A DNA stretch of 32,000 nt from assembly GCA_963662625.1 (NCBI GenBank), contig OY759726.1, forward strand, positions 1,507,446 to 1,539,445, in the 5' to 3' direction. A program made the position numbers and the translations under genes. This stretch comes from Nitrosopumilus sp. (GTDB lineage Archaea; Thermoproteota; Nitrososphaeria; Nitrososphaerales; Nitrosopumilaceae). Below are positions 7,733 to 15,442 of this stretch, piece by piece. The notes under the pieces were generated by a model that ran no database searches, was not told the DNA's origin, and was given only the letters and a program-made list of their open reading frames with translations. Each line of letters begins with the position of its first letter. Position 1 is the first letter of the stretch.

Positions 7733-9244
7733 GTGAGTGAGCTAACCCCGCGCCAAGCAAAATTAAAAGAAAAGTTAGAAACATTCTGCGACAGGGTAAT
7801 GTGCTGGCCCCTTCCGCTAAAAATTGAGGAGATATGGGGGTTTGGAAGCTTCTTTAGACTAAAGGACATCCCCACAGACATTGATCTGGTTTTAAAATAC
7901 TCAACCCGCAACCCGAGTTACGAGACATTCGAATCAATTTTACACAAATCACTCAAGCTGGTCAGCACCATCGAATCCCCCAAGGAGGCGTTCACCCATG
8001 TCGCAAAACAAGAGCTGGCTAAAGGAGAGTTCGATACACTGATGCCTGCCTTTACACAATGGATCGAGAGATTCACATGGGATATTATATTTGGAGGAAT
8101 AATGTCCATCCCTCAGGCTGCCATCAATGAAGAGACAATCACGAAGAGGGTTCTGGTGCACGAGCTCAAGGGACTCCAAATATTTAAAATCGTTTCAATG
8201 CAGCAATCCCTGGATTGGCTGAACGCAGAAAGCATCCACAAGGTGTGGGACAGAGCCTACCCGGATGCACCCGCAAACCTGGGCGCGATATTGTCCCCCG
8301 AAACCGTAAGGGCGACTAGGATCAAGGAGGCGAGGAACTTTGCACGGCAAATATCCAGCCACAGGCAGGAGTATGACATCCTAGCAATGCTGATAAGCCA
8401 CATAAGGGCGCTCAAAAGCGCAAGCGCAGGGCGTGAAAATTTTGAAAAAATATTGAGTAAAAAAACCGCGGAAAAACACCCCGACATGCCCAAAAAAACC
8501 ACCGACCAAATCATCCGCAACATTACTTTGGCACGTCCTAACGAGCGCGCCATCCCCCCGCTGGAGACGCCTGACGAATACCAGGCGCTCTCAGATCCGA
8601 AGATAAAGGAGTGCGTTGAAAAGAAGCGCCTGGAGTTGAAATGCGTATACAAAAGCGTCATCGTGGCACGAAAGACACTGCACCATCTGTACGATCTCAA
8701 AAGCACCCCAAAAACCGAACGACTGCAAAAGTTCGGAGACGACGAGCTTACTGCCTGGAGAGTCATATCAGACATACCAAAAAAGCAAGTGGACGAGGAC
8801 GCAATCCGCAAGACCTTGAGGGAATTAAGGTTCCCGGAGGAAAAAGTGCTCGAAAGGAAAGGGCGTGGAAGATACCGGTATTTCATCCCCGCCACCGAAA
8901 AGGAAAGACTGGATGCCATCCGCTGGAACGAGAAAAGCGACGCCGAGGCAAAATACCGCCGCATGTTGCGCCCGGCCGCTACGGGATTCGGCAGGCACGT
9001 GAGTTTTTTAGTCAATCTTGATCGCAAGCTAAACCCCGCCAGCGTAGATCTGTCGTTTTACCATTACTGCCATGGCGAGGAAATCCCAGAGTCGGTGAAC
9101 AAGGAGGTCGAGTTCCTAAAGGGTAGGGGGTTTGCAGTCGACCGCGGCAGGTCGCACGTATATGCCAAACTGACAATCGAACTGGCTGAATGCAATACAA
9201 ACAAAGGGATGCGGGAAAAAATAAGAAACGCGTTACGGCGGTAG
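7733..9244 (+). CDS. Nucleotidyltransferase (pol-beta/MNT fold) domain protein with a large uncharacterised C-terminal region
   Basis: The N-terminus matches the minimal NTase pattern hG[GS]-x9-13-Dh[DE]h: 'WGFGSFFRLKDIPTDIDLVL'. I recognise nothing in the remaining ~430 aa. GC is intermediate. Confidence 0.6.
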   Translation: MSELTPRQAKLKEKLETFCDRVMCWPLPLKIEEIWGFGSFFRLKDIPTDIDLVLKYSTRNPSYETFESILHKSLKLVSTIESPKEAFTHVAKQELAKGEFDTLMPAFTQWIERFTWDIIFGGIMSIPQAAINEETITKRVLVHELKGLQIFKIVSMQQSLDWLNAESIHKVWDRAYPDAPANLGAILSPETVRATRIKEARNFARQISSHRQEYDILAMLISHIRALKSASAGRENFEKILSKKTAEKHPDMPKKTTDQIIRNITLARPNERAIPPLETPDEYQALSDPKIKECVEKKRLELKCVYKSVIVARKTLHHLYDLKSTPKTERLQKFGDDELTAWRVISDIPKKQVDEDAIRKTLRELRFPEEKVLERKGRGRYRYFIPATEKERLDAIRWNEKSDAEAKYRRMLRPAATGFGRHVSFLVNLDRKLNPASVDLSFYHYCHGEEIPESVNKEVEFLKGRGFAVDRGRSHVYAKLTIELAECNTNKGMREKIRNALRR

Positions 9245-9430
9245 CGGGCCCCGTGTGGGCCCGCCCAAAACACGTCCTGCGGTGCCCCCGCCCGCGGCGC
9301 GGCTATTTTTTCGGGATCCGGAGACTGCGGGATTCTGGCGCCAGGTTGCCTGCATGCAGTTTGGTGTGGACCCCGCTAGAAGGAGGCCGATCGCCGATGC
9401 ACACTTTAACGATGGGAGGCAAGACAGGGC

Positions 9431-9742
9431 ATGAAGGACAAGAAAACCCAATGGAGCACGGACGAGAAGGCACGCATGGTGCTGCAGACGTTCAGCCCCG
9501 GGGCCAGCGTGGCCGGGCCGTGCCGCCAGCACAACCTGGCCCCCAGGACGCTGTACAACTGGAAGGAAAGGTTCCTTGCGGGCGGGCGCGGTTCCTTGGA
9601 GGGCTCCGACGCGGCAGCACTGGCCAGGAGCCACAGGAGGGGGGCGTCCTCCCTCAAGCGGATAATAGGCGAGTGCGCCGTGGCAAACGAGGCGTTAAAA
9701 AAAACCTTGGGGGGAGAGCGAGAGCGGGCGCGGCGCGCATGA
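9431..9742 (+). CDS. IS3-family transposase OrfA (HTH)
   Basis: 'WSTDEKARMVLQTFSPGASVAGPCRQHNLAPRTLYNWKERFLAGG' resembles IS3/IS911 OrfA helix-turn-helix proteins. Confidence 0.65.
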   Translation: MKDKKTQWSTDEKARMVLQTFSPGASVAGPCRQHNLAPRTLYNWKERFLAGGRGSLEGSDAAALARSHRRGASSLKRIIGECAVANEALKKTLGGERERARRA

Positions 9743-10077
9743 TACGTGACGTGGTCGGGCCCAACGCGTCCCTCAGGCCGTGCGGCGCCTCGAAGAAGGC
9801 GTGGCACTGCGTCCCCGGGCCGAGGGACGTCCCGCCGGACCCGGAGGTGCGGGACGCGGTGCGCAGGATCGCGCCCGCAAGGCCCACGTACGGCACGCGC
9901 CGCATGGCGGCCCAGCTCTCCGGGGACATGGGCCGCCCGGTGAACCGCAAGGCCGTGCGGCGCGTGTTCCGGGCACTGGGATGGGGTGCCCCCGCACGCA
10001 CAAAACGGATCATGTCGGGTCCGTTCCCGGCTGATCCGTTTGGAACTGTGATGGTTGCATATTTGACGTACATTTGA
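9739..10077 (+). pseudogene. IS3-family transposase OrfB, N-terminal fragment only
   Basis: The ATG at 9739 overlaps the orfA TGA (ATGA). 'RPTYGTRRMAAQLSGDMGRPVNRKAVRRVFRALGW' resembles the OrfB HTH_21 region. The ORF stops at 10075-10077 inside an 11-bp tandem repeat, before any DDE domain. Confidence 0.55.
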
Positions 10078-10097
10078 CGTACATTTGACGTACATTT
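10061..10097. repeat. Tandem repeat: 11-bp unit ATTTGACGTAC x3 plus a partial copy
   Basis: Perfect units at 10061-10071, 10072-10082 and 10083-10093, followed by ATTT. Confidence 0.95.
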
Positions 10098-10516
10098 CGT
10101 GTTACTGATTATTACTAAAGCAGTTATGTACCACGGACGCCTAAGTGAGGCATGATGCGCCCCCACGCGTGCACAAAACCCGCGCCGCCAGGCCCGGCCA
10201 GCATTTCGCCAAACCGGGAAAACGGGGCCGGGAGGGCAAGCGGGGGGACGCGCGCCTGGCGGCCGGGACTTGCAGGGGCCCGCGGCGTTCCCCCGGCCGC
10301 CGCCGCGGCCAACGCCGCAAGCGGCCCGCCGCGGGGATCGGCTGCCAAGCGCCGCAACGCGAGGTGCCGGGAGTGGGCGGCGATCCCGGCCGCGCCCCCC
10401 GGACGCGGCGGGGCGCCGGGGGGCATGGCCTGGCGGCGGCGCGGGGATGCCGCGGTGCAGGCGGGGGGCGCGGGGGATTGAGGGAGACGCCGCCGGTCGA
10501 GGGGAAGTTCTTCTGC

Positions 10517-11698
10517 GTGCACGTGGCAAGGGACGTGTGCGACCTCGTCGAGATCGCCGTGCGGAAGAGGCGCTTCTACAAGATAGCGCTCTTCAGGGTC
10601 ACCGGAGCCAGGCACCGCAGCGCCCAGAGGCTGCTGGAATACTATTCGTGCAAAAAATGCTTCACGTCAGTCGTGGAAAAGGCCGCCGGGCCCAAGAACG
10701 CGGAAGGGGGAGCCGGGCACGGATACAAGGTCACGTGGAGCGGAATGCGGTACGCGGAACGCATGCACCTCCGCGCGAAATACGTGCCGGGCCGCGGCGC
10801 GGTAGCGAGCTGGAACGGCCTTACCCTGGGCTCGTACCATGCGGTAAGGGACGGGGTCGGCTCTACACTGGGATCGGGGTATGACATAGACGCGCGAGGG
10901 GCGGGGGCGGCGTGGCGCCGGGCGCTTGGCCTGGCACTTGACGAGTACGGCCGCATGGCACGCATGCGGCGCCCCGGCAAGTGGGGGGCGGGCAGGCCGC
11001 TGGACGAAAACTGGCTCAGCGGCCAGAAGCGGCCGGTAAGGATCCTGCTGACCAGGATGGCCAAGGCCAAGCTGGCGTCGCTGGATTACGGGGAAAGCCC
11101 CAAGTTTCACCGCGCGTTCGGCACGTTTCCAAGCATCGCGGGGGGCAGAAAGTGCGCCGGGTGCGGCGTATACCTGGAGAGGAGGGCAAAAGACAGGTGC
11201 AGGTTCTGCAGGAAACCCAGAAAAAGCAGGTACGTGGCCGTCCCGAAGGCCGCAAGGAGGATGGCCGCAAGGACCGCGGGAGCGGAGGGCAGGAAGGAGA
11301 GGAGGGCAGAACGGTTCGAGAGCGAAGGCGAGCGCACCGTGATATCTGAGAGCGTCGAGGCGAAGGGGATCCGCGAGACTGCCTCGGAGTTGTCCGAGGA
11401 CTACGGCAGGCCAGAGGCCCTGAGGATGCTGAGGGAGACAGGGGTAGGAAAAGACGAGCTGGAGGACTATTACGAGGACATGGACCCCTGCGAGAGGGAG
11501 GGCGAGCGCCCCGTGGCGTCTGAGAGCGTCGAGGCGAAGGGGATCCGCGAGACTGCCTCGGAGTTAATCGAGGACTACGGCAGGCCAGAGGCCCTGAGGA
11601 TGCTGAGGGAGACAGGGGCAGGAAAAGACGAGCTGGAGGACTATTACGAGGACATGGACCCCTGCGAGAGGGAGGAGAGCGAGCGGGACTCGCGGTAG
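10517..11698 (+). CDS. Hypothetical protein with a Zn-ribbon-like motif and C-terminal tandem 58-aa acidic repeats; start uncertain
   Basis: The long ORF is 10145..11698. Its first ~120 codons are Arg/Gly/Pro low-complexity in about 80% GC DNA and are probably not coding. In-frame GTGs at 10517 and 10523 are candidate starts. It contains 'CAGCGVYLERRAKDRCRFC'. The C-terminus has two near-identical copies of 'ESVEAKGIRETASEL.EDYGRPEALRMLRETG.GKDELEDYYEDMDPCERE'. Confidence 0.45.
   Translation: MHVARDVCDLVEIAVRKRRFYKIALFRVTGARHRSAQRLLEYYSCKKCFTSVVEKAAGPKNAEGGAGHGYKVTWSGMRYAERMHLRAKYVPGRGAVASWNGLTLGSYHAVRDGVGSTLGSGYDIDARGAGAAWRRALGLALDEYGRMARMRRPGKWGAGRPLDENWLSGQKRPVRILLTRMAKAKLASLDYGESPKFHRAFGTFPSIAGGRKCAGCGVYLERRAKDRCRFCRKPRKSRYVAVPKAARRMAARTAGAEGRKERRAERFESEGERTVISESVEAKGIRETASELSEDYGRPEALRMLRETGVGKDELEDYYEDMDPCEREGERPVASESVEAKGIRETASELIEDYGRPEALRMLRETGAGKDELEDYYEDMDPCEREESERDSR
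11324..11671 (+). repeat. 174-bp direct tandem duplication inside the CDS (2 copies plus a short partial third)
   Basis: Copy A starts at 11324 (gaaggcgagcgc..) and copy B at 11498 (gagggcgagcgc..). The period is 174 bp (58 codons). Only a few mismatches are visible, e.g. ttgtccgag vs ttaatcgag and ggggtagg vs ggggcagg. Confidence 0.9.
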
Positions 11699-11998
11699 TG
11701 CCGGACGGGGGACCAAAAAAACCGCCATTTCGGCGGCCTCCCCGCCCATGGCGGCGATCGAGGATCCCCGCCGGCGCGCCTCCGCCGCGCCGGGCCCGGC
11801 GTGGAACTTGCCGTACCGCTCCATCAGGTGCACGCCCACCGCAGCGCCGGGATTCTAGTCCTCGCCGACCTGCCGCGGCGGCCGCAGGGTGCGCAGCTGC
11901 CGCAACACCATGTCCGCCATGCGGCCGCACGCCTCCCGCCGGATGGTCCCGGACGACGCGTCCCGCGCCAGCCCGCCGCCCCGGGCGCCGCGCCTGTA

Positions 11999-12007
11999 TT
12001 TTTATAA
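11999..12007 (+). promoter_or_regulatory. TATA box for the SNase-like nuclease gene
   Basis: TTTTTATAA is centred about 25 nt upstream of the in-frame GTG at 12028. Confidence 0.45.
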
Positions 12008-12027
12008 CGTTGCCGCGTACCGGCGGC

Positions 12028-12711
12028 GTGGACCGCCTGCACCTTGCGCTCTTGATCGTGCTGGCCGGCTGCGCCACGACGGCCGCGTCCCTCGCCCAGG
12101 GAGACCCGTACGTGCCGCCGTGGGTCAGGGACGCCGCCCTGTGGTGGGGCCAGGGGCTCGTCAGCGACTCGGAGTTCCTAGGCCTGGTGCAGTTCCTGGT
12201 GGACAGGGACATGATCACGGTGCCACCCGGCGGGCCGCAGGTCCGGGAACTGCAAGGCGAGGTGGACAGGCTGAAGGCCTCCAACGCGGCTGGGCTCCGG
12301 GACGCCTATGACAGGGGGTATGCCGACGGGCTGGCCGCGGCCCCGCCAGACCCGGGGGTCGTGCACGGCACGGTCACCAGAAACATCGACGGCAACACCA
12401 TCGAGATATCCGGGCAGAAGATACGGCTCCCGTTCGTAGACGTCGAGGACTCCGGGAACGCGAGCATGCCCCACGCAAAGTACGCGAGGGAGCTGTGCCC
12501 CGTGGGCGCAAAGGCGCACTATGACGTCGACGACGACAAGCCGGTCGGCAAGTACGGGAGGACCATCGCGATGGTGTGGTGCGGGGACCACGCCAAGCCG
12601 CTTGACCAGCTCATGGTGGAGTCCGGCCTGGGGTGGATCAGCAAGTACTGGTGCGAGAGATCGGAGTTCCAAAGCCTGGACTGGGTCGACGGCTGCCGCG
12701 CGGGCAGGTGA
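12028..12711 (+). CDS. Secreted or lipid-anchored staphylococcal-nuclease (SNase/thermonuclease)-like nuclease
   Basis: Starting at GTG 12028 the protein begins with a signal-like 'DRLHLALLIVLAGCATTAASLAQ'. Next comes 'WWGQGLVSDSEFLGLVQFLVDRDMITV'. The SNase core follows: 'VTRNIDGNTIEISGQKIRLPFVDVED', 'GKYGRTIAMVWCG', 'LMVESGLGWI'. The ORF-track start at 11698 adds an implausible Pro/Arg-rich extension. Confidence 0.65.
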   Translation: MDRLHLALLIVLAGCATTAASLAQGDPYVPPWVRDAALWWGQGLVSDSEFLGLVQFLVDRDMITVPPGGPQVRELQGEVDRLKASNAAGLRDAYDRGYADGLAAAPPDPGVVHGTVTRNIDGNTIEISGQKIRLPFVDVEDSGNASMPHAKYARELCPVGAKAHYDVDDDKPVGKYGRTIAMVWCGDHAKPLDQLMVESGLGWISKYWCERSEFQSLDWVDGCRAGR

Positions 12712-12742
12712 CGGGCTTGCATTCCTGCCCTTCTTCGGCACC

Positions 12743-12755
12743 GGGGGGGGGGGGG
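12743..12755. repeat. G13 homopolymer
   Basis: 13 consecutive G, 32 nt downstream of the nuclease stop codon. Confidence 0.95.
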
Positions 12756-13374
12756 CGGCCGGCAGCGGCCATGTGTCAGCAGGCAAAATTGAGGCCGGTT
12801 TTCCGATCTATTCCTGCGAATTTCCGGCGTTATCGCACTATAATGTCGATTTAAACCTTATAGCATTACGAACAAAACGTGCGAAAACATATAGAATTCC
12901 CGCACGCCAACCTGTGAAGGCCAAGGTGGGGGTTCCTTGCCGCCCATCCTTGTCACGCCTGTGGGCGCAGCTGCGACCCGGAGTCCTACCGGGGCCGCTC
13001 TCCCAAAACGCCCCGCGCGTGACGCCCCGGCACCGCACAGCATGGAGTCCCGGGCCCCGCGTGTCGGGGGATGGCGCGCAAGCGCGCCTGCTGCCCGCGC
13101 CCCGCACGTTCCCGGCGGGCCAGCCAAGACCCGCCGCGCGGCGCCCTTCGGGCATGCCTTTTTGGACGCCGACAACGCGGGCGGCGCAATTCCTACGAAT
13201 GGGAGCTCAGGCCGATGCAGTCCGGGTCCATCTCCTCGCAGCCGTCGAGCGAGGGCCACCTGCAATATTTTCCAAGGCCGCGCCGCCCTGCCCAATCCGC
13301 GCCGTCTGCATGCCTACTATGTTTTGCCATGATAGGGCAAGTTTCCACCGTGCCGATAAATACATTCCCTGGAC

Positions 13375-13580
13375 GCCCGTCTTCCCTGAAGTGCCTCACG
13401 GATACGTCGGGGGCAGGGGTTCCGGCGGCACATATCGGCCACGCTGGCCCCCTGGATGAACGCCTGCAGCACCACGCGCACCTTCTCGTCCGTGCTCCGT
13501 CGTGCCCTCCCTTGCCCCCATCGCTAAAGCGCGCAGCGGAGATCTGCCTCCTAGCGGGATCCGCACCGCATCTCATGCTG
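13375..13580 (-). pseudogene. IS3-family remnant (copy 2, inverted): degenerate 5' end and orfA fragment
   Basis: The reverse complement aligns by eye with 9350-9560. Examples: '..cccgctag(aa)ggagg..ctttaRcgatgggRggcaag..' and 'ggagcacggacgagaaggYRcgcRtggtgctgcagRcgttca'. It translates to 'STDEKVRVVLQAFIQGASVADMCRR' and then loses frame. Confidence 0.55.
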
Positions 13581-13657
13581 AACAAACCCACGACGCTATG
13601 CCTCTAGGATGCCGACATGATTTTTTAAGGGCGGCGCCACACGACCGGTGCCGCCCC

Positions 13658-14074
13658 ATGGTTCCAGACGTCTTCTCGAAGGAAAAAAGATCCGAGGTGA
13701 TGCGGGGCATAAAGGGCAAGGGCACCAAGCTCGAGCTGGAGACGGCCCGAATGCTGCGCCGCGCCAAGATCAAGTACAGGTCGCATCCGAAGATCTACGG
13801 ATCCCCGGACTTTTTGGTGGATGGGAGGCTTCTGCTCTTCTGCGACGGCTCGTTCTGGCACGGCAGGAATTGGAAGGTGCTGAGGGCGCGGCTAGCCGCC
13901 GGCAACGATCCCGGCTATTGGGTCAGGCACATCGAAACCAACAGGAAACGCGACAGGAAGGTCAACCGGATCCTGGCAGAACGGGGGTACCAGGTGCTCC
14001 GGCTCTGGGATACGGACCTGCAGAAGCGACCCGAGAAGTGCGTGGAGAAGATCAAAAAAGCGCTGCGTTCCTGA
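13658..14074 (+). CDS. vsr: Very-short-patch repair (Vsr) endonuclease, copy 2
   Basis: 'VFSKEKRSEVMRGIKGKGTKLE', 'GSPDFLV', 'LLLFCDGSFWHG', 'NRKRDRKV', 'GYQVLRLWDTDL'. The ATG at 13658 is internal to track ORF 13502..14074, whose first 52 codons look non-coding. Confidence 0.85.
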   Translation: MVPDVFSKEKRSEVMRGIKGKGTKLELETARMLRRAKIKYRSHPKIYGSPDFLVDGRLLLFCDGSFWHGRNWKVLRARLAAGNDPGYWVRHIETNRKRDRKVNRILAERGYQVLRLWDTDLQKRPEKCVEKIKKALRS

Positions 14075-14443
14075 ACGGCGAGCAATGCTGATTTTTGACC
14101 GTGGAGCCTGGAATGGTGATCATCGAAAACCTCGCCCCGGGTGTAACGGTACAGAAATTTGCACAATGCCCAGCTTGATCGGCTGCGCCCTGAAATGCTC
14201 TGAAACTGCACGCTTTACCTCCCCCGGCGCCTCGCAGTGCATGGGAGTGGCCGGTTCGTGCCTTGCCCAATTTCGTACCGCCACCGCCGTGGTGAACTCC
14301 GATGTGGCAGTAGGCATGTGCGGCATGTCGATTTCGTGTGTTCCTTGGTATGCTTATAACACGCAGCCTGGCGATCAACAAGCTTTTCTGCTGTGCTACC
14401 CTTTATAGGGGGGTTCTCTGCGAGCGCCATTCTAGCACCCTAC

Positions 14444-14451
14444 TAAAATAT
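14444..14451 (+). promoter_or_regulatory. TATA-like box for the winged-helix gene at the left edge of the low-GC island
   Basis: TAAAATAT is centred about 21-27 nt upstream of the ATGs at 14468 and 14474. Confidence 0.4.
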
Positions 14452-14467
14452 CATATTGGAGAGTAAA

Positions 14468-15442
14468 ATGCATATGAAAAAGGAAACCATGGATATGTCT
14501 GACGCTGAACGAGGGATATCGGATATTGCCTCATCCGAAGGCGATTTATCTGATTTCACAGCAATCTGCAGGTTGATTTGTAATAATCGCGCAATCTCAA
14601 AAGACAGACTTTTCAAAATCATCAAGAATTCCATTATAAACAAATCAGACGCCGTGATTGAGCGAAAATTAAACATTATGTGCAAATTAGACCTGTTAGA
14701 TTTGGCCAACCAAAAATTTGTACTCCGCGCTAATGGTAAAATATTGGTTGAAATAAGCAACAAACAATCTGTTTTTTCAGAAAAAATAGAAAAGGCATTT
14801 TATTTTATAATATTATTCAGTTCGAAAGCAAGACTGCAACTCACCTCGCTCCTTCAATCTATAAACGAACAAAATGGAGACGATAAAAGGGAAAACATTG
14901 CAAGATATTTTAAAGCAAATATAGTCCAGGAGATATGGAATAAAAAAACAATCGAAAAGAATCTTACCGCTTTAGAAACAACACAAAGATTGCCAAGCAT
15001 GCTTAACAATAAATTTTCTTGCATGGAAAAATGGTTAGAGTTTATTGATCTAATAGAAATAAGAAAAAATGGCCTGCACGCAAATTTGACTTCGGGGCTG
15101 ATTAGCTCGCTGCTAAACCCAGAAAACAAGAAAAACATATTTGGCGAAGCCGCAACAAAGTATTACACCGAATCCAAAGAATTCCGCATTAAGCAGCACT
15201 ATCGAGATTTGTGTACGTATTTTCTTGAGGGCCATGGTAAATTCCTCACCCCTGCCGGAATCAGTGACGCCGAAGCAGTAGCAAAATTCGTGTGCTTGCA
15301 ATTACTCAAATCAAACATAATCTTGGAAGAGAACGGTTTTTTCAAACTGACCAAGAAATTAAAAAAAGACAAAATCCTTCGCTCAGTAATGATGGGCAGG
15401 GACGGCACGCCTAAGAATTTCGGCGTGGATTACTATACCTGA
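14468..15442 (+). CDS. Hypothetical protein with an N-terminal winged-helix-like DNA-binding region
   Basis: Low-GC ORF. 'ISKDRLFKIIKNSIINKSDAVIERKLNIMCKLDLLDLANQKFVLRANGKILVE' has a wHTH-like pattern. The track start is TTG 14456, but ATG 14468 or 14474 fits the TATA spacing better. Its 3' end overlaps the convergent ATPase gene by 32 nt. Confidence 0.5.
   Translation: MHMKKETMDMSDAERGISDIASSEGDLSDFTAICRLICNNRAISKDRLFKIIKNSIINKSDAVIERKLNIMCKLDLLDLANQKFVLRANGKILVEISNKQSVFSEKIEKAFYFIILFSSKARLQLTSLLQSINEQNGDDKRENIARYFKANIVQEIWNKKTIEKNLTALETTQRLPSMLNNKFSCMEKWLEFIDLIEIRKNGLHANLTSGLISSLLNPENKKNIFGEAATKYYTESKEFRIKQHYRDLCTYFLEGHGKFLTPAGISDAEAVAKFVCLQLLKSNIILEENGFFKLTKKLKKDKILRSVMMGRDGTPKNFGVDYYT

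Larger units (their letters stand above)
9350..10077 (+). mobile_element. IS3-family insertion sequence remnant (copy 1): intact orfA plus truncated orfB
   Basis: The orfA/orfB' pair is ATGA-coupled. The sequence from about 9350 is homologous to an inverted copy at about 13375-13580. No DDE core is present. Confidence 0.6.

Noticed and set aside
10145-10516. The N-terminal 124 codons of track ORF 10145..11698.
   Set aside because: The translation is Arg/Gly/Pro/Ala low-complexity in about 80% GC DNA that is open in several frames. Protein-like sequence begins only around 'FFCVHVARDVCDLVEIAV', so I moved the start to 10517. That start remains uncertain.
9190-13460. Many long overlapping ORFs, such as 9190..10077+ (N-terminal part), 9406..10095-, 9654..10529-, 10124..10615-, 11016..12284- (422 aa), 12178..12786-, 12521..13459+ and 12858..13295-.
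   Set aside because: These are shadow or antisense frames in very GC-rich DNA with Pro/Arg/Gly-rich translations and no motifs. The coding calls retained here rest on recognisable motifs or repeats.
14075-14440. ORFs 14085..14408+, 14052..14381-, 14120..14326- and 14215..14430- between vsr-2 and the island.
   Set aside because: They overlap each other on both strands, are Cys/His/Arg/Gly-rich, and have no motifs. This is probably non-coding or a decayed remnant of the ancestral locus.
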